The translations under genes were made by a program, and so were the position numbers. Source: the human T2T-CHM13v2.0 reference genome, Homo sapiens. From it: a stretch of DNA of 64,000 bases. Location of the stretch: NCBI RefSeq assembly GCF_009914755.1, contig NC_060948.1; one strand, written 5' to 3'. The notes under the pieces are model-generated. The model had not been told where the DNA came from. It worked only from the letters and a program-made list of their open reading frames with translations, and made no database searches. Shown one piece after another: positions 1-13,500 of this stretch. Within the stretch, counting starts at the first letter, position 1, and every line of letters begins with the position of its first letter.

Positions 1-1292
1 AAGCCAGTAGTCCAATCCCCCATCCAAATTACTGTCTGACAGAGATCATTAATTTGATTTGCCAATTTTTGATCTACTTGGCTTTGGGAATTCCAAAGCT
101 TAGAAGAATTTTTCTGCCAACTATCCACAAAGCCCGCAGTTTGAATAGAAGAGTGCAAAGCAGCAACAGTGCAGAAGCAGTAGCTGTGACAGCTATAAGG
201 CCCATGACCACAGCTATTAAAGTAAATATGAATCTCTTTGATCTATTAAATATTCCTTTTAGTACTTCAGTGATAATATGTATGGAGGGAGAGTCCTCCC
301 AAGGTCTATTGAGGGAAACAAGTATCTGAATTCCTTCTCAGGCCCTAACCAGTAAAAATGCTATTATCTTTATTAAAGGTAGAATTAATGCAGGTAAAAA
401 GGTGACAGTTAAGGCAGGGTATGGTTTCGGAGTCAGGTAGGAAATTAATTTTCCCGGCTGCCAACATAAAAGGAGGTTTAACAAAACTCTGCAATGGGAC
501 CGTCTGATTAGAGGTCATGGCTACAGCAAATGAAAGTTTTTTACTATGAGTCTCTGTTTTATATTCTCCTATCCAAATCCAAACTGGGGTTTGAGCCATC
601 ATTAATTTCCACAGTTCTGGATGTTCTGGTCTCATAACTGGATCGATCATTTTTGGGCTTGGAGGAGCCATACCATTCTCCTCCCACTTAATAGGGTAAT
701 TTGTTTCAATTCTTCTACATAATTTTGGTGCATTATCTGGGTAGTCATTTGCAGGAGTCCCTCTACAATCTTTGCGCTGGCCAGTAAAATTTACTGCAAA
801 GTGTCCCCTAGGGACCCAATCAATGGCGATGTTATAGGAATTATTTTACAGTAGCGCAGCACTGTTTGCAATACAATCTTCCCAAGTTAGCACCTCTAAC
901 TTTTCAGGCCATTTAGTGGCCTGCCTAGGGCAGGGATTCATATTAGGTTTAAATTCAGTAATCTGGCAACGTGTCATAACATAGCCGTGCTCAAGTATTT
1001 AATAGTGTCCAAAGATTAAAATGTTGCTTCATTGATTGCATGAATAGAGGCTTTTGATGCATTTTGTGTAGGGACATTTATGTCCCACTTTATCATAATT
1101 TAAACATCCTGCTGCCAGCCCCAGGCAGATGGGAGGAAAGCGATAATCAATGGAAACATTCACCAACATTCCCGCCTGCTCTAGATGAGTAGGACCTTGC
1201 TTATCTGTTGGTCCATCCACCAGGAGGGTCTAACCACGCAACAGGCCTAATCAGTAGTGGGAATGGAATGTAGACCCAGTAAGTGTAATTTT
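1..1292 (-). pseudogene. env: Defective HERV-K env (SU and start of TM)
   Basis: ORFs 1029..1220 and 345..671 resemble HML Env SU ([14 protein letters not shown]). The furin site RSKR is retained. Confidence 0.85.
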
Positions 1293-2652
1293 GATCTGCC
1301 TCTCCCTTACTAAGTCTAATTGCTGCCTGACATTCTGTATTAGCATTTTCATAAGCAAGCAGCTGAATAATCACTTTCCTGGCATGAGAATCTGAAACAG
1401 TCTTTTGAGCCGCGTCTTGGAAACAGGCGATAAAATCTGGATAAGTCTCCCTTGGACACTGTTGAAATGAGTTAAAAGAAGGATAAGTAGTACCAGGGTC
1501 ATGAATGTTTTCCCAGGTTCTTAGGCATAGAGTTCTGAACTGACCAACAGCCTCATCACCCATTACCATGGGTTCATTTACAGTACCCCATGCCTGTCCG
1601 ATTCCAAGCAATTGATCAGATGTGATATCAATGGCAGGTTGAGCTTGAGCATTTCTGTGTGCCGTATTTGTTGCTTCATCCATCCACCAGGGTTTAAATT
1701 GGAGAGATTCCATAGGTTAAATGCCAGTTATAAGCCACAGATTGTAACAAGGAATGAACATAAGGAAAATTTGGCCCCTATTTTCCAATTGCTTGCTTTA
1801 AGTCTTCTAATATTTTAAAAGTAAATGGCTCCCAGAGTGCCTCAGGATGTTCTCCAGGCTCCTCAGCAGGAAAAATAATTACTGGATACGGCCAAGCATC
1901 CAAATCCCCCATTTCTCGTGCCTGGCGAGTAGATGCCTTGATTGTCTCTGTGCCATAATTTGTATTTGGGCTGGATGAAAGCATTCCTTTACCACAATTA
2001 ACAGGTGGACAAGCCTGGATCATTCCCTCACTGTAACTGGCTGTTGGGTTAGCCTGAAGCTTCCTTTTGCCATAGTTAATGGCTGGGTGTGCAACAATGG
2101 GAGCGGCAAGCCAAGTCACAGGCTCCTTTAACAACAATTCATAAGGCTAAGGCGGAGCTGGCCGTTCCAGACGTTCCCATAAAGGCGCAGTAGTTGGCAC
2201 TGTTTCTGCTGTAGGTGGAACTCTTTCTTTCATAAGTTTTTTGGGGGTTAGCATATAGAGCTTCTGGTTTCTTCCCCTTATTTAAAACTAGACTGTGATG
2301 GTTCACTTTGCTGATCGTCAGACTCATGGTTATTAAACTTTTCTATGTCACCCTGAAACTCCTCCTCATCCTCTGGGTGGAAGGGCTCCAGTGCAGTTTT
2401 AATTGCTGACCACACAGACCAAGCAGAGAAGGGAATATCATGGCCCTCTTGCTGTGCTTGTTTTAAGTCTCATCCAACTTTATCCCAATCTTCTACATTC
2501 ATGGTTCCATATTCCAGGAACCAAGGAGAAAACTTTTCTAGGTTATGGAACAAAGAAGTGAGATTTTGGGTACTCACAATTATCCCTCTGAGGCACAATA
2601 ACTGCTGCAGCAGGCTAAATAATTGGCAAACTTACTTTCAGTCTGACCTATA
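1293..2652 (-). pseudogene. gag: Defective HERV-K gag (MA-CA), stops and frameshifts
   Basis: ORF fragments 1778..2137 and 1201..1713 match the gag fragments at 43691-45305. Confidence 0.85.
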
Positions 2653-2821
2653 TTTTCTTGAGGTTACCCTGGAATTCTCTGAGTGCCCTACTTACCCACG
2701 GAGCTTGAAGTGAAAATGTACTCGGGCCTCCTTCATCAGGCGTCCTCCACTTTCCACTCTCTGTCATTTCTTTACCAGATTATTTGTAGAGATTACTTGG
2801 AGCACTGTGTTGTGTGCCACA

Positions 2822-3423
2822 TGGGGAAACCATCCCCTCACCACCCAGTGGGTCCCCTGAGTCCCGTGCAGACAAAGGAGTTAGAAAGAGATAGAATCAG
2901 TGTTTAAAAGGTGGGTTAAGGGAACTGCAGTGTCAAAGGCTTGTTCATGGCCCAGAGTTCTTAGGCTCCACCCAATTTGTTGGTTTACAAGCTCTTTGTT
3001 CTTATGTCAGATGGGAGGGGGGAGGAAGGGATGAAGAAAAGGATTAATCAATGAAGGAGAAGTCATGAGTCATTCAATAAGATGTGTAGCAGTGGCAGTT
3101 TCTGTGAATTTTCTTGAGTAAAGGTGTGTGTTTAAACTACTTAAGATATTTAACATATTGGGACTGAAGCAGGTGGGAGCAGGTTTCAGGAGGAGCCAAG
3201 ACGTTTGATTACACTCCACTCTTTCCAGGGAGTGTTATCTCCCCGAGGAACCTGTAGAATGCCACTGAGTGGATATGCTCTCTGAGTGGTTACGCTCTCA
3301 GGGCATAAAGACATGAAGGCAATAAGGAGACTTTTCTCCTCAGAGGCCACTCATGGCTCGCCATGGGTGTCTCACACAGGGGAGACAAACTCAACTGGCA
3401 ACCCAGATACACTTTTTCTCACA
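2822..3423 (-). mobile_element. 5' LTR (LTR14C-like) of the left provirus
   Basis: Minus strand starts TGTGAGAAAAAGTGTATCTGGG...GAGGAGAAAAGTCTCCTTATTGCCTTCATGTC, colinear with the LTRs of the spacer provirus. Confidence 0.85.
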
Positions 3424-3474
3424 GAAGACAAACAAAAATGTCACTCTTGTTAACAATAACAAGGTAAAGCTTAC

Positions 3475-3611
3475 ATTTTGACACATTTCTGCCTGAACTT
3501 GCTCTTTTATTTCTCTCTCATATTCATTTAGCTTTATTTCTAAAGACTCACCCTTGATATGCTGAGAGTAAGCATCTGCAAACTGATCATCAATAAGCTG
3601 AAACTTCCCAG
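3475..3611 (-). pseudogene. OFD1: OFD1 pseudogene exon 7 homologue (arm copy)
   Basis: 137 bp encoding [44 protein letters not shown], versus OFD1 [46 protein letters not shown] donor intact; acceptor reads AC instead of AG. Confidence 0.92.
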
Positions 3612-4384
3612 GTATTAAAAAATAACATGTCAAAAGAGGACATAGAAGCATGGTCAGGTGTGTAAGAGGCCAGTTTTCTTTTTCAAAGGTAAAGAGTATA
3701 CTTAGGGGAAAGCATGGGTGTCTGCGATTTACTTCAAAATACACAAAAAAAGAAAGATGGATGTGTGGATAAACAGATAAAAGTAATGAAGCATATATAA
3801 TGCCAATGTAATAATGGAATTTAGGTGGGAGGTTTATAAGTGTTTGATAGAATTCTTTCTACTTTTCTATATGTTTCAAAATGTTCATCATAAAATGTTG
3901 GAGGAAATAGAAATTGAAGAGTACAGTTAAAGTCAGAAAATACTGCTGTCTCTTCCTATTAACTAAATGCTAAGGAAGAGAGCTCTTTATCGGACTTTTG
4001 TTAAAATTGACTTCAGATTCAAAACAATAACTGTAAAGGAATCAAAGGTCATGTTACTTCAATGCCTCCACTTTGCAGATAAAGAACACATACCAATATA
4101 GCTGAAAAAGTGATTAAATAACAGCATAGCCAGGACTAAAATGAGACCGACTGACTCTTTCTTCCATTAGTCAAGTGGGCCTCAAACCAACTATGGACTA
4201 AAATCAACCACACAGCAGAGTGCAAATCTGAACCCAGGGTACAATCTTGAGCATGTGTAACACACCAAAAAAGTATGCCCAGTGGGAAAAAGGCTGGCAG
4301 AAGTAGACGATAACATTGATAGTGTTTGTCCCTGGTAGGCATGACTTTAGACATGTTTTTTCATCTACTTTTCTGTATTTTTCA

Positions 4385-4695
4385 AATGCTGTCCTACACA
4401 AGACCCTCCAGCCACATACAGCCATTGACACTGGAAAGGCGACCAGTCTGAACTGAGATGTGCCTTAAATGTAAAAAACACATGAGATTTCAAAACTTAG
4501 TGCAAAAACAAAGCAAAAAGAAAGTGAAATATCTCATTCATATTTTTATATTGAACACATGTTGAAATCATATTTTGGATGTATTGGATTAAATATATTG
4601 TTAAAGCTAATTTTATCTATTTCTTTTTACTGTTTTCAATGTGGCTACTAGAAAACTGAACATTATGTATGTGGCTCACCTATTGGACAGCACTG
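4385..4695. mobile_element. MER33-like hAT-Charlie DNA transposon fossil
   Basis: TGCTGTCC...GGACAGCACTG inverted termini and GTGGCTACTAGAAAA/TATGTGGCTCAC motifs. Confidence 0.6.
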
Positions 4696-5427
4696 CTTGA
4701 TAATTATCAAGTAAAATGTTTCTAATGGAATTAAACCTACACTTAATTAAAGGCATAGTCAGATAATACAAATTTTGAATTTATCTTCTAACATGTTATT
4801 GTTACTATTTAAGAATAAGGAAGGCCCAAAAATCCATTAAGCACATCATTTTAAACAGCTGTCTCCCATCTCTACTGAGTGCAAAACTGAAGGGCAAGAT
4901 GGTATTGTCGACCCGCTGCGTAGTACACAAAATCTAGATCATGGATGGGAGAATTCGGACATCACTAGCTGCTCTGAGGCAGATTGAACGTTTTCAATTT
5001 GCCCTCCCTCTGAGGACCTCGATTTCCTCCACTGTAAATTGAAGCGATGAGCCAATTACTTCTCTAGTTCTCTGCAAAACAAATAGTCCATAATCTTCTA
5101 CCTTGGTTGCTGTAAACTTAAGACAAGACACGAGGAAGGACCTCCCAGTTAAGAGAGGTAAAACTCAACAAACAGGGAAGATTTTGGGCCTTTGAATCCT
5201 TGCATGCTTTGGCCAATGTAGCCCTGGCATGCATGAGGCCAGGAAATGACATTGGAGAGCACTTGCTGGGCCCCCAGGATGATTCCAGAAAAAGTAAATT
5301 CCCCTTTTCCCTGCAGGCTGCATCCCTCTTGTTCAAGAAGCAACCACACAACTTGGTAAATCAGGTAGCTTCCTTCATTCAAAATGGAAACAACAGAATT
5401 GAAATTAAGAAAGAAGACTGTAATTAC

Positions 5428-5532
5428 CTAGAGAATCTCTGATAAATGGCAAAGTTGTCTGTGTTTCCATGTTACAACTCTTTTTAGCTTGATGATATTC
5501 TGCTAATTATTTTAATAAATGCATACAAAAAC
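5428..5532 (-). pseudogene. OFD1: OFD1 pseudogene exon 6 homologue (arm copy)
   Basis: 105 bp with AG/GT ends, encoding [25 protein letters not shown], versus OFD1 [26 protein letters not shown]. In-frame TAA. Confidence 0.92.
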
Positions 5533-5644
5533 CTAAAAAAAAATGCATTCAGTTTTTTTTCCTCAGAGCTTTCAGCCACTGCTCAGACACTGTTTACACA
5601 ATCTTCGTTTTATGACAGTATCATTTTATACATCGTGTATGTTT

Positions 5645-5940
5645 CTTTTTTGTAGAGACAGAATCTTGCTCTGTCACAAATGCTGGAGTGCAGCGGTGTA
5701 ATCATGGCTCGCTACAGCCTCGAACTCCTGAGCTCAAGCAGTCCTCGCACTTTAGCCTCCCAAGTAACTGTGACTAGAGGCAACTACCACCACCTGCCAC
5801 GTAAAGCTAATTTTAATTTTTTGTGCAGACAGGGTCTTCCTATGTTGCGCAGGCTGCTCTCAAACCCATGACCTCAAGCGATCCTACTGCCTGGGCCTCG
5901 TAAAGTGCTGAGATCACAAGCATGAGCCACTGTGCCCAGT
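5645..5940 (-). mobile_element. Alu (old, AluJ-like)
   Basis: Antisense Alu motifs GAGACAGAATCTTGCTCTGTC...ATGAGCCACTGTGCCCAG. Confidence 0.85.
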
Positions 5941-6750
5941 CACAGCTTCTAAGAATAAATCTGAGGAAAGACCTTTCCAAGCATGCTACAAAATGTGGCA
6001 TAAATAATGATAAATATTTATGAATTTAATGACTTAAAACTTGAAAAATTTACATATGATATAAAATAAACAAAGCACACTGCAATAATATGGAGTCATA
6101 AGTGTATAGGAGTTATTAAGAAATCATTTTAAGCAGATAGAGAAAACCTGGTGTCCTTGGAACGTTTTTGTCTCATTTAAAGCAGCTCCAGAAAAGTTTC
6201 CTGTCTAGCCGGAAAGGCCTGGCTCTTGGAGTCGGGCAGGCAAATTTTGATATGCAAATGTCCGCCGTCAGAAACTGAGTCCACCCAAACATGGCTTCCT
6301 GCTCTCTTCTCCTTGACCTTGCCCCCACAAATGCCTGGCCACATGGCCTCCCCCACATATCCCCAGGTATGCAGAACATCCTGGTACCCTGCATCTGCAT
6401 TCTAAAAGTCTGGGCGGAGCGGGGGGAGGGCCAGTATTTTAGGGGCTACATGAGTGAGGAGACTGGTCAAACCAATCCCCTGAGCCTATAGAAATCAGGC
6501 ACCACCTCCTCCAGCCTCCTTATGCAGCTGGCTGGTTTCTGCCTCACTTAGGCTTTCCTTTCTCGGGTTTGGAGCCCCTCCTTCCCTCTCTCTTTGTACA
6601 GAGAGGCTTCTTCCTTCTTTCTTCTTCCTTCTTTCTGCCTATTAAATGCTCTGCTCCTTAAAACCACTTCACGTGTGTCTGTGTTATTCTACCCAATTAG
6701 CAGGATACAAAAGCCCTAGTGTTTCTCCACTCGTCAGAGCTGAGTCATTT

Positions 6751-6770
6751 TGGTGCATTGCATGGGAATC
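6751..6770 (+). promoter_or_regulatory. Primer binding site, tRNA-Gly-like
   Basis: TGGTGCATTGCATGGGAATC versus the tRNA-Gly(GCC) complement TGGTGCATTGGCCGGGAATC (17/20), immediately after the 5' LTR. Confidence 0.75.
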
Positions 6771-8022
6771 CAAGGTACAGTCTTCCTCAGAGTGGTGAGT
6801 ATGGAAGCAAGCTTAAAACCTGTTCTATCACTCTGAGGTGCAGTTAGCCTCTATATTAAAATAAATCCAATAAATCAATGGAAATCCATCAGCCTAGTAC
6901 CTACTGTTAGCGTTAACTGCCGTAATAAAAACATGGATGTGAGGCTAGCTGGGGAGAACATGGAGAACACCACATTACAAATGGGTATTGAATTTCTGAC
7001 CGGGGCACATGCTGGCATGATTCAGAGGCCAATGACCTGGACGCAGCCTCCGACAGCCCATTTAGGGTGTTTGCAGAGAATCCTTAACTATCCTTTTGCA
7101 AAACTCTTCTTCTCCATCTCCAGCCTCTTAATCCTTCTCTGCATGAAATGGGCAGGGATTGTTACAGTCTAGGAACAGAGTTTTCCCCTTTTCCTCTGTG
7201 GTGAGTTTACTTGTTGCCACTTCTCTGGTGAGCACATAGCATTTCTCAGCCAACACCACCACCTAGTGAAAATGGAAATCCTCTAAGAAGCACACTTTGT
7301 TCCTGTTTTTTTCAGTGCAAGTCCAAAGCTTTCTTTCACACTGTTAGAAATCAGGCTCTAGGCCTCTTCTGAGATCGACAGTTTCTGCCTTTAGCAATTA
7401 GGAGTAAGATGTTTTCTGTAGACAAATTTTAGCCTCCATAGTGTCCCACTGGCAGGAAAATAATCCTCCATTTGGTTCCTATGTTCCTTTAAAGCTTCTA
7501 TTATCTCTCCTATTAAGACGGTATTTAATTAGTAAGAGGACTTTAAGTCCAGAAGTTAATGGGAACCATTTCACTATGGGTACATGCTTTACTACTGGCC
7601 ACAATGGCAGAACATAGAGTTCAATCTAGCAGACACTTCTCTTAAAGGGGTCTTGCCTAATTGCATTGTTTTTCCTGAAATCCATTTTTTAAGAAAGGCA
7701 TGCAGGCAACACAAGTCTAAGAAATAAAAGGAAAATAAAGGAAAGAGGAATAAGACTGCTTGTGGAAGGCAATACCATTACCCAAAAGTTTAGTTTCTCT
7801 GGTAACATGGCTTAAAATGTCATGACTGCAGTCATGGGTGTCACATTTAAATGGGAGCTGAATTTCAGGAGCAAAGAAAAACTACAGTTACAGAACACCC
7901 CCTAATGTACTAATCTCCTTTCGGAATCACATACTGAAAGGAAGGAGAGTAAAAAGGTGCTTTTATTCTTACCTCTCTTTCTAGATTGGTAACAGATAGT
8001 CTTTAACATCCATTCCCTTGGA

Positions 8023-8432
8023 ATATATATATATATATATATATATACATATTCGTATATGCATATATGTATATATGTATATATACGTATACACACACAC
8101 ACACACCACACACACACACACACATATGTATATTTATTTATATGCCTGTGTGTGAGACAGAATCTTACTCTGTCACCCATGCTGGAGTGCATTGGTGAGG
8201 TCTTGGCTCACTGGAAACTCTGCCTCTTGGGGTCAAGGGATTCTTGTGCCTCAGCCTCATGAGCAGCTGGAACTACTGGCACGCACCAACACACCTGGCT
8301 AGTTTTAGTATTTTTAGTAGCGATGCGGTTTCACCATGTTGGTCAGCCTAGTCTCAAACTCCTGACCTCATAATCTGCACGCCACAGCCTCCCAGAGTGC
8401 TGGGATTACAGGCGTGAACCACCGCACCTGGC
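8023..8432 (-). mobile_element. Alu (minus) with (TA)n/(CA)n microsatellite in its tail region
   Basis: Alu body ~8145-8432; dinucleotide tracts 8023-8130. Confidence 0.85.
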
Positions 8433-9544
8433 TGAGTGTATTTTAAAGTGCTTGGATTCCTTCAACCCTGAAACTTTGAAGAAATAGTTTATTTACTTTT
8501 GCACAATGGCATGGCCTTCTTACTACAGCTTTGTAAGTGTTGCAGAATAACCCAGCGCATTTAGCAATCCTATCAGGCAGTCCCAAAGAGAAAAATTACC
8601 CAAAATTAGAGAAGCAAGTTTCAGGGGAACCATCTGAGGATTCCCTTATTTGGGGCCCCTTCAAGTTCTCTCTTCTCATTGGAGGAACTTTGGAAAATAA
8701 AGGGAGGTCATGCCAAATTTCTGATGATCCTGATAGACACATAGGCGCTTTCCAAAATTTAACTTAGGTATTTCATCTCTTTTGAAGGAATGTTTTTCTG
8801 CTCCTAAGCCAAAGTCTAACTTCAGCTAAAAGAGGCAGCTCTGCAAGCAAAAGAAAATTGTGGAGATGAGCAACATGTCTTCTATAGTAGGCTAAAAGGG
8901 AAAAGAGAAACTTTCCCTAGGTAAAGAAATAGGGGAAATACCATTCCCTATAGGAAAAGGGGCAATACCTCTTGAAAATTTTAACTGGAACTTCTTTCTA
9001 TAGTGTTTTTCATTTTTTTTTTTTTTGTGATTTAATATGGCTTCTATATCTTTCATACTGTTCATCCAATCTTGGAAAAGTTAATTTCCAAACCTTAAAA
9101 TGCTTGGCTTAGAGTTGAGCTAGAAGAAAGGAAATGTAGAAGCCTGATATGCTGGCAAAAGGGTAAAAATTTCTTACCAGTTGGTCTTTGGCTTCTCTCT
9201 CCCTTAGTAAATGGGTAAAAAAGAAAATAAGGATTATTGTTTATATTCTAGGTAAATTTATAAATAACGAAAAAAGATTTATGAGGTTGATCTTAAGTTG
9301 TAGACTATTTGTGTGCTTTGCATGTCCTTCTGTATCTTTCTGTCAACAAAAGGGTATCTTAAGTCAGGGTGAAGGCCCAAGACCCCATAAGCCTTCTGTG
9401 CAAGCCAGAGCAACTAAATGGTCAGTAACAAACTGGGTTACAGTCCTACATCTTGTTCCATGTCCTTGGGAACATAACCTGTAACTATGTGGCAATAATT
9501 GGTTTTAGTCTCTGCCATTTTACAAAGGTGGCTTTCTTCTTCTG

Positions 9545-9960
9545 CTAAGTCAGTTCATGGGTGAGGGCCACAAAATCCGATAAGCCAGTTTTTCAATCTG
9601 GGTGGTCCCAGCTGATCCACCAAGGGCAGGGTTTATACAATATCTTAAGCACTGATCTTGAAAGCAGTTTAGGGAAGGTCAAAACCTTGTAGCCTCCACC
9701 TCCCTGACACCTAAGCCATGGCCCCTAACCTTGTGGTTAGCTTCTCATTCTGGGCTCCAGTCAAGAGGAAAGGATATCTTGGGAAGCAGCTGTTATCATC
9801 TTTGTTTTAGACTGTAGACTGTAAACCAGGCTCCTCCTAAAGTTGGCTCAGCCTAAGCCCAGGGATTGGCAAAGACAGCTTGAGGGCAACAAATGAAACA
9901 GATTTGTTTAGGTCAATGCTCTTTCACTGTCTCCATCAAAATTTTGCAATGAAAGATTCA
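9545..9960 (-). mobile_element. Partial LTR8-like LTR nested antisense in the ERV1 internal region (mirror at ~63368-63783)
   Basis: Minus strand starts TGAATCTTTCATTGCAAAATTTTGATGGAGACAGTGAAAGAG...CAAGCTGTC...CCTGGGCTTAGGCTGA, resembling the recalled LTR8 5' end. Confidence 0.6.
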
Positions 9961-10193
9961 AAAGCTGACTATTATTCCTCTGAAAATACCTTGGACACTA
10001 GCTTTTAAGTCATAACATGAGTTGGTTTTATCTATGAGATTATATTTTGTAAAGTTCAAAAGCCAAAATTCTTAACTGCTTGGCAGGGCTAAAGTCAAGT
10101 AATAAAAAATTTTTTAAAGAATTTTCTTAAAACGTGTTCAGGTTAATTAAAAGTAGGTGTTCTAGTTGTTGATATATTTAAAAAATTTTGGGG

Positions 10194-10503
10194 GGCCGGG
10201 CGCAGTGGCTCATGCCTGTAATCCCAGCACTTTGGGAGGCCGAGGTGGGCAAATCATGAGGTCAGGAGATCGAGACCATACTGGCTAACATGGTGAAATC
10301 CTGTCTCTACTAAAAATACAAAAAATTAGCTGGGCGTGGTGGCAGGTGCCTGTAGTCCCAGCTACTCAGGAGGTTGTGGCAGGAGAATGGTGTGAACCCA
10401 GGAGGCGGGGCTTGCAGTGGGTCGAGATATCACCACTGCACTCCAGCCTGGGCAAAACAGTGAGAATCTGTTTAAAAAAAAAAAAAAAAAAATTGAAAAA
10501 AAA
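10194..10503 (+). mobile_element. Alu (AluY/Sc-like); mirror copy at ~62825-63134
   Basis: GGCCGGGCGCAGTGGCTCA...GAGATCGAGACCA...poly(A). Confidence 0.92.
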
Positions 10504-13500
10504 GGCTCTTTTGTTCTCAGTCGACTGAATTATTTTTCTCCATCATTTTCTGTCTTACCACTCTTATTGCATGCCTGAAAGGTCCTAATAAGGTACCTTC
10601 TGATAGCATAAGACTCCTGGGGAAAAACAGAGTAGGTACCAAAATCCCCATATGGGGAAACACACACACACACACAGATAGCAAAACAAAACACCCATGT
10701 TTTCCTCATGAAACCCCCAAAATTGAAAGCAGATAGTTTCCTCTGAAAAGCAAAGCCTCTGTATTCTTATGTATTGTGTTATTTACCCTTTGTGGCTCTT
10801 GCTGATATCAAGTTACTTCACATTATGGGAGAGCTTTGGTGTGTAATAACTAGGTAGAAAATGCACTGTATGAAATGGCTAGTAGTAGTTATAAATTAGT
10901 GAAGCATGCTCTTGTCTGCCTAAAACATAGAGAAACATCCTGACCCCCCACTCCTCCACGAAGAAAAAGAGTACCAAGGGGGATGGGCTAATTGCCTTCA
11001 GCTGCATCTACTTACTAGACCCTAAAAATGTATGCTAATGACACTGTTTCTCCAAGGGCTACAACTTGAAACCAATAATCCAATTAAGAAACTGGCACAC
11101 AAAATAACTCTGAATCTTCTGTTTGTGTTGTTATATATGTGGTGTGTGTAATATCTATAAAAACAAGCTCTAATTAATTGTCTTAAAGAGAAGTAAGCAC
11201 TTAAATCAAATTTTTTTTTTAGTTCCTGTGAGTTTAAGAAATGTAGTCTTAAGGATTATTGGGAAAATGTAAGTGTTGTGAGAATGAAAATAGGTCATCT
11301 GAATCATACAATTTGGACACCAGGTTTGCTAAACATTCCAAGGTTTTTTTCCTGCCTGCTTTACAGGTTTGTAAAACCTTGGATACATGGAGATAGAAGC
11401 TGAAAACTCACACTTTATCTGCACTTCTGTCTGGGTGCTAGGATCCACACCTTGTATATAGTAAAGTTGCTTATTAACCAGGGTTTTCACTGAAAAAGAA
11501 AGTTGCTAAATGTCAACAGTGAACATTAAATTCAAAAAGTTACTGTATTTTTTAAATAACTTGAGTACTGAAATAAAAGCACACCAAGGAGTTCTTAAGA
11601 AACTAATCTGCCCTTTGGTAAAAGCGTTTTAAAAGGTTTGTAAATATTTCACGTCATGGTCAAATTGGTTGAGATTAAGTGAAATGATCCATAAGGTTTT
11701 ATTTAATCAAATTGGGGTTGACATTAACAAATTAATACAAGGGTAAAATTTGGCTTTGAACAGGATCTCAGAGCCAAATGACGTGTCATGTAATAATAAA
11801 AACTAATAAAAATGGTTTTTGCCTTTTGAGCCATCCTTTCGGCAAAACAAGTAATTTATAGCAATCTGGATTGCTATTTCATAAAATCGAGTGTTCCAAA
11901 CCTCTAAAATGTAACAGGCATCCTAAAAGCATAATTCAAGTTTCAAAATTGTCCTTCCTAATGCCTGGCTTTCTGAGTCGTTTAGAGGGCTTCCAAAACA
12001 TTCAGAAAAGACATATACAGACACATTTAGTCACAAGAGATTGCCAAAATGATGTCCAATTTTCTTTAAGTTATAATTTGGTGAATAATACTAATAGATT
12101 TTCCAAAATTTTGTGGCATTTCTAAGTTCTAAGGTCTGAGTATATGCTCTCAATCATAATTAAGGGAAAAGTTCTTATAAACCATGGAGACAAATAAACT
12201 TCTCTCTCAGTCATAGTTTTAACTGTAACTATCCTGGAAATTTTGTCATTTGCAGACAATGGTCTTGTTTAGGGTTCCTTCTGAAAAGAGGGTTTTTAAT
12301 CATGCTATATTAAAGACTTTAATAGGTGTTCTCAAATGCAGGTTTTTAATAGTTTTGATGACTGTAACGTTGGGATAAAGACAGAATGTACGACACTCAT
12401 AAAGGTCTGACATGTTCACAAATATCAAGCGAAAGAAGAGTTAACTAACTGCACTGCGCTCAGAAAGTTAAAGCAGCATTTTTAACTTAGTTTGGAATAT
12501 TAATGATCCTTGTTTTGATTTTCAGAGTCAAGAAAACTTACTTTGAAGTATTTGCAGCCCTTGCAAATTCAGTAAGACATTCTCCTGTCAACAAAATTTG
12601 GACCATGTTTGTTTTAAACTGTAAGTACTCTTAACTTATGGCAAGACTGTTGTCTCCATGAGTGCAATAAGAATCATTTACTTTTTTAAAGAACACAGTT
12701 GGAAAAACTGGTTAATTGACCAAGGCATTGACCGAAAGAATGTGTTTCCTTTTAAGGAATCAAGCTTGGCACTCAGAGCTGATAAAAGCCCATTAGGGAG
12801 AACTGGCCTCATACCTTGTCAAGCCAGTCCCTGCACAGTGTTCCTCACCTGTGGTCAGTAAAGAATTGCACTTTCTACAAGACCTTGGAGCTCCAAATTT
12901 ATCTGGGACCTCAAGAACAGAGGATCACCCAACTTACCAAATTACAGGCATTTGAGAATAGGAACCATGGCTAGTCTCAGCTTTAAAAGTTTTATCTCAA
13001 ATTCTTTCCAGAGCAGAGTTTCATCAAAGCTAATCCAATAGGCTGATATAAAAAATAACCATTCTAGCTGCACTTAATGCAATTATCAGTCCAAGTATAA
13101 GACTAAAGTTTATTCTACAAAAAAGACACAGGGTTCTATAATTTGCCTTTTTTTAAACAAAAAATGAGGCCTGAAGAAATTGTGCTCCAAAGCTTATCAT
13201 ACACTTGTCATTAAATCTTAGTCCACTTAATAGATTGTAAGCCTTTTGTCTACCTTTTAGACTAAGCGTGCTTAATCCTGAGAGTCAAGTGGTAATCTCC
13301 TACAGCTTGGGAGGAAAAAAAAAAAAAGGATAGGTAGTGTAAATATCTGGATCTATTTCTGGGACATTATCCTGCAAATTCTGCCAGGTAATAAAATTGA
13401 GTGCAATGCCCATAACTCAGAGCTTTCTTTGTTTGGGAAAATAAAAGTAAATAACTTCATAGATCCCAAAAGGGAGATTCTGTATCTTAGATAAACACCT

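Larger units (their letters stand above)
1..3423 (-). mobile_element. HERV-K (HML-9/HERV-K14C-like) provirus with pro/pol deleted; 3' end outside the window
   Basis: 5' LTR 2822-3423 homologous to the LTRs at 42938 and 48257. Degenerate Lys PBS at ~2800-2819. Gag MA/CA fragments (QLLAYENANTECQAAI) joined directly to betaretroviral Env SU ([29 protein letters not shown]) and the [12 protein letters not shown] furin site and fusion peptide near 200-240. Confidence 0.88.
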
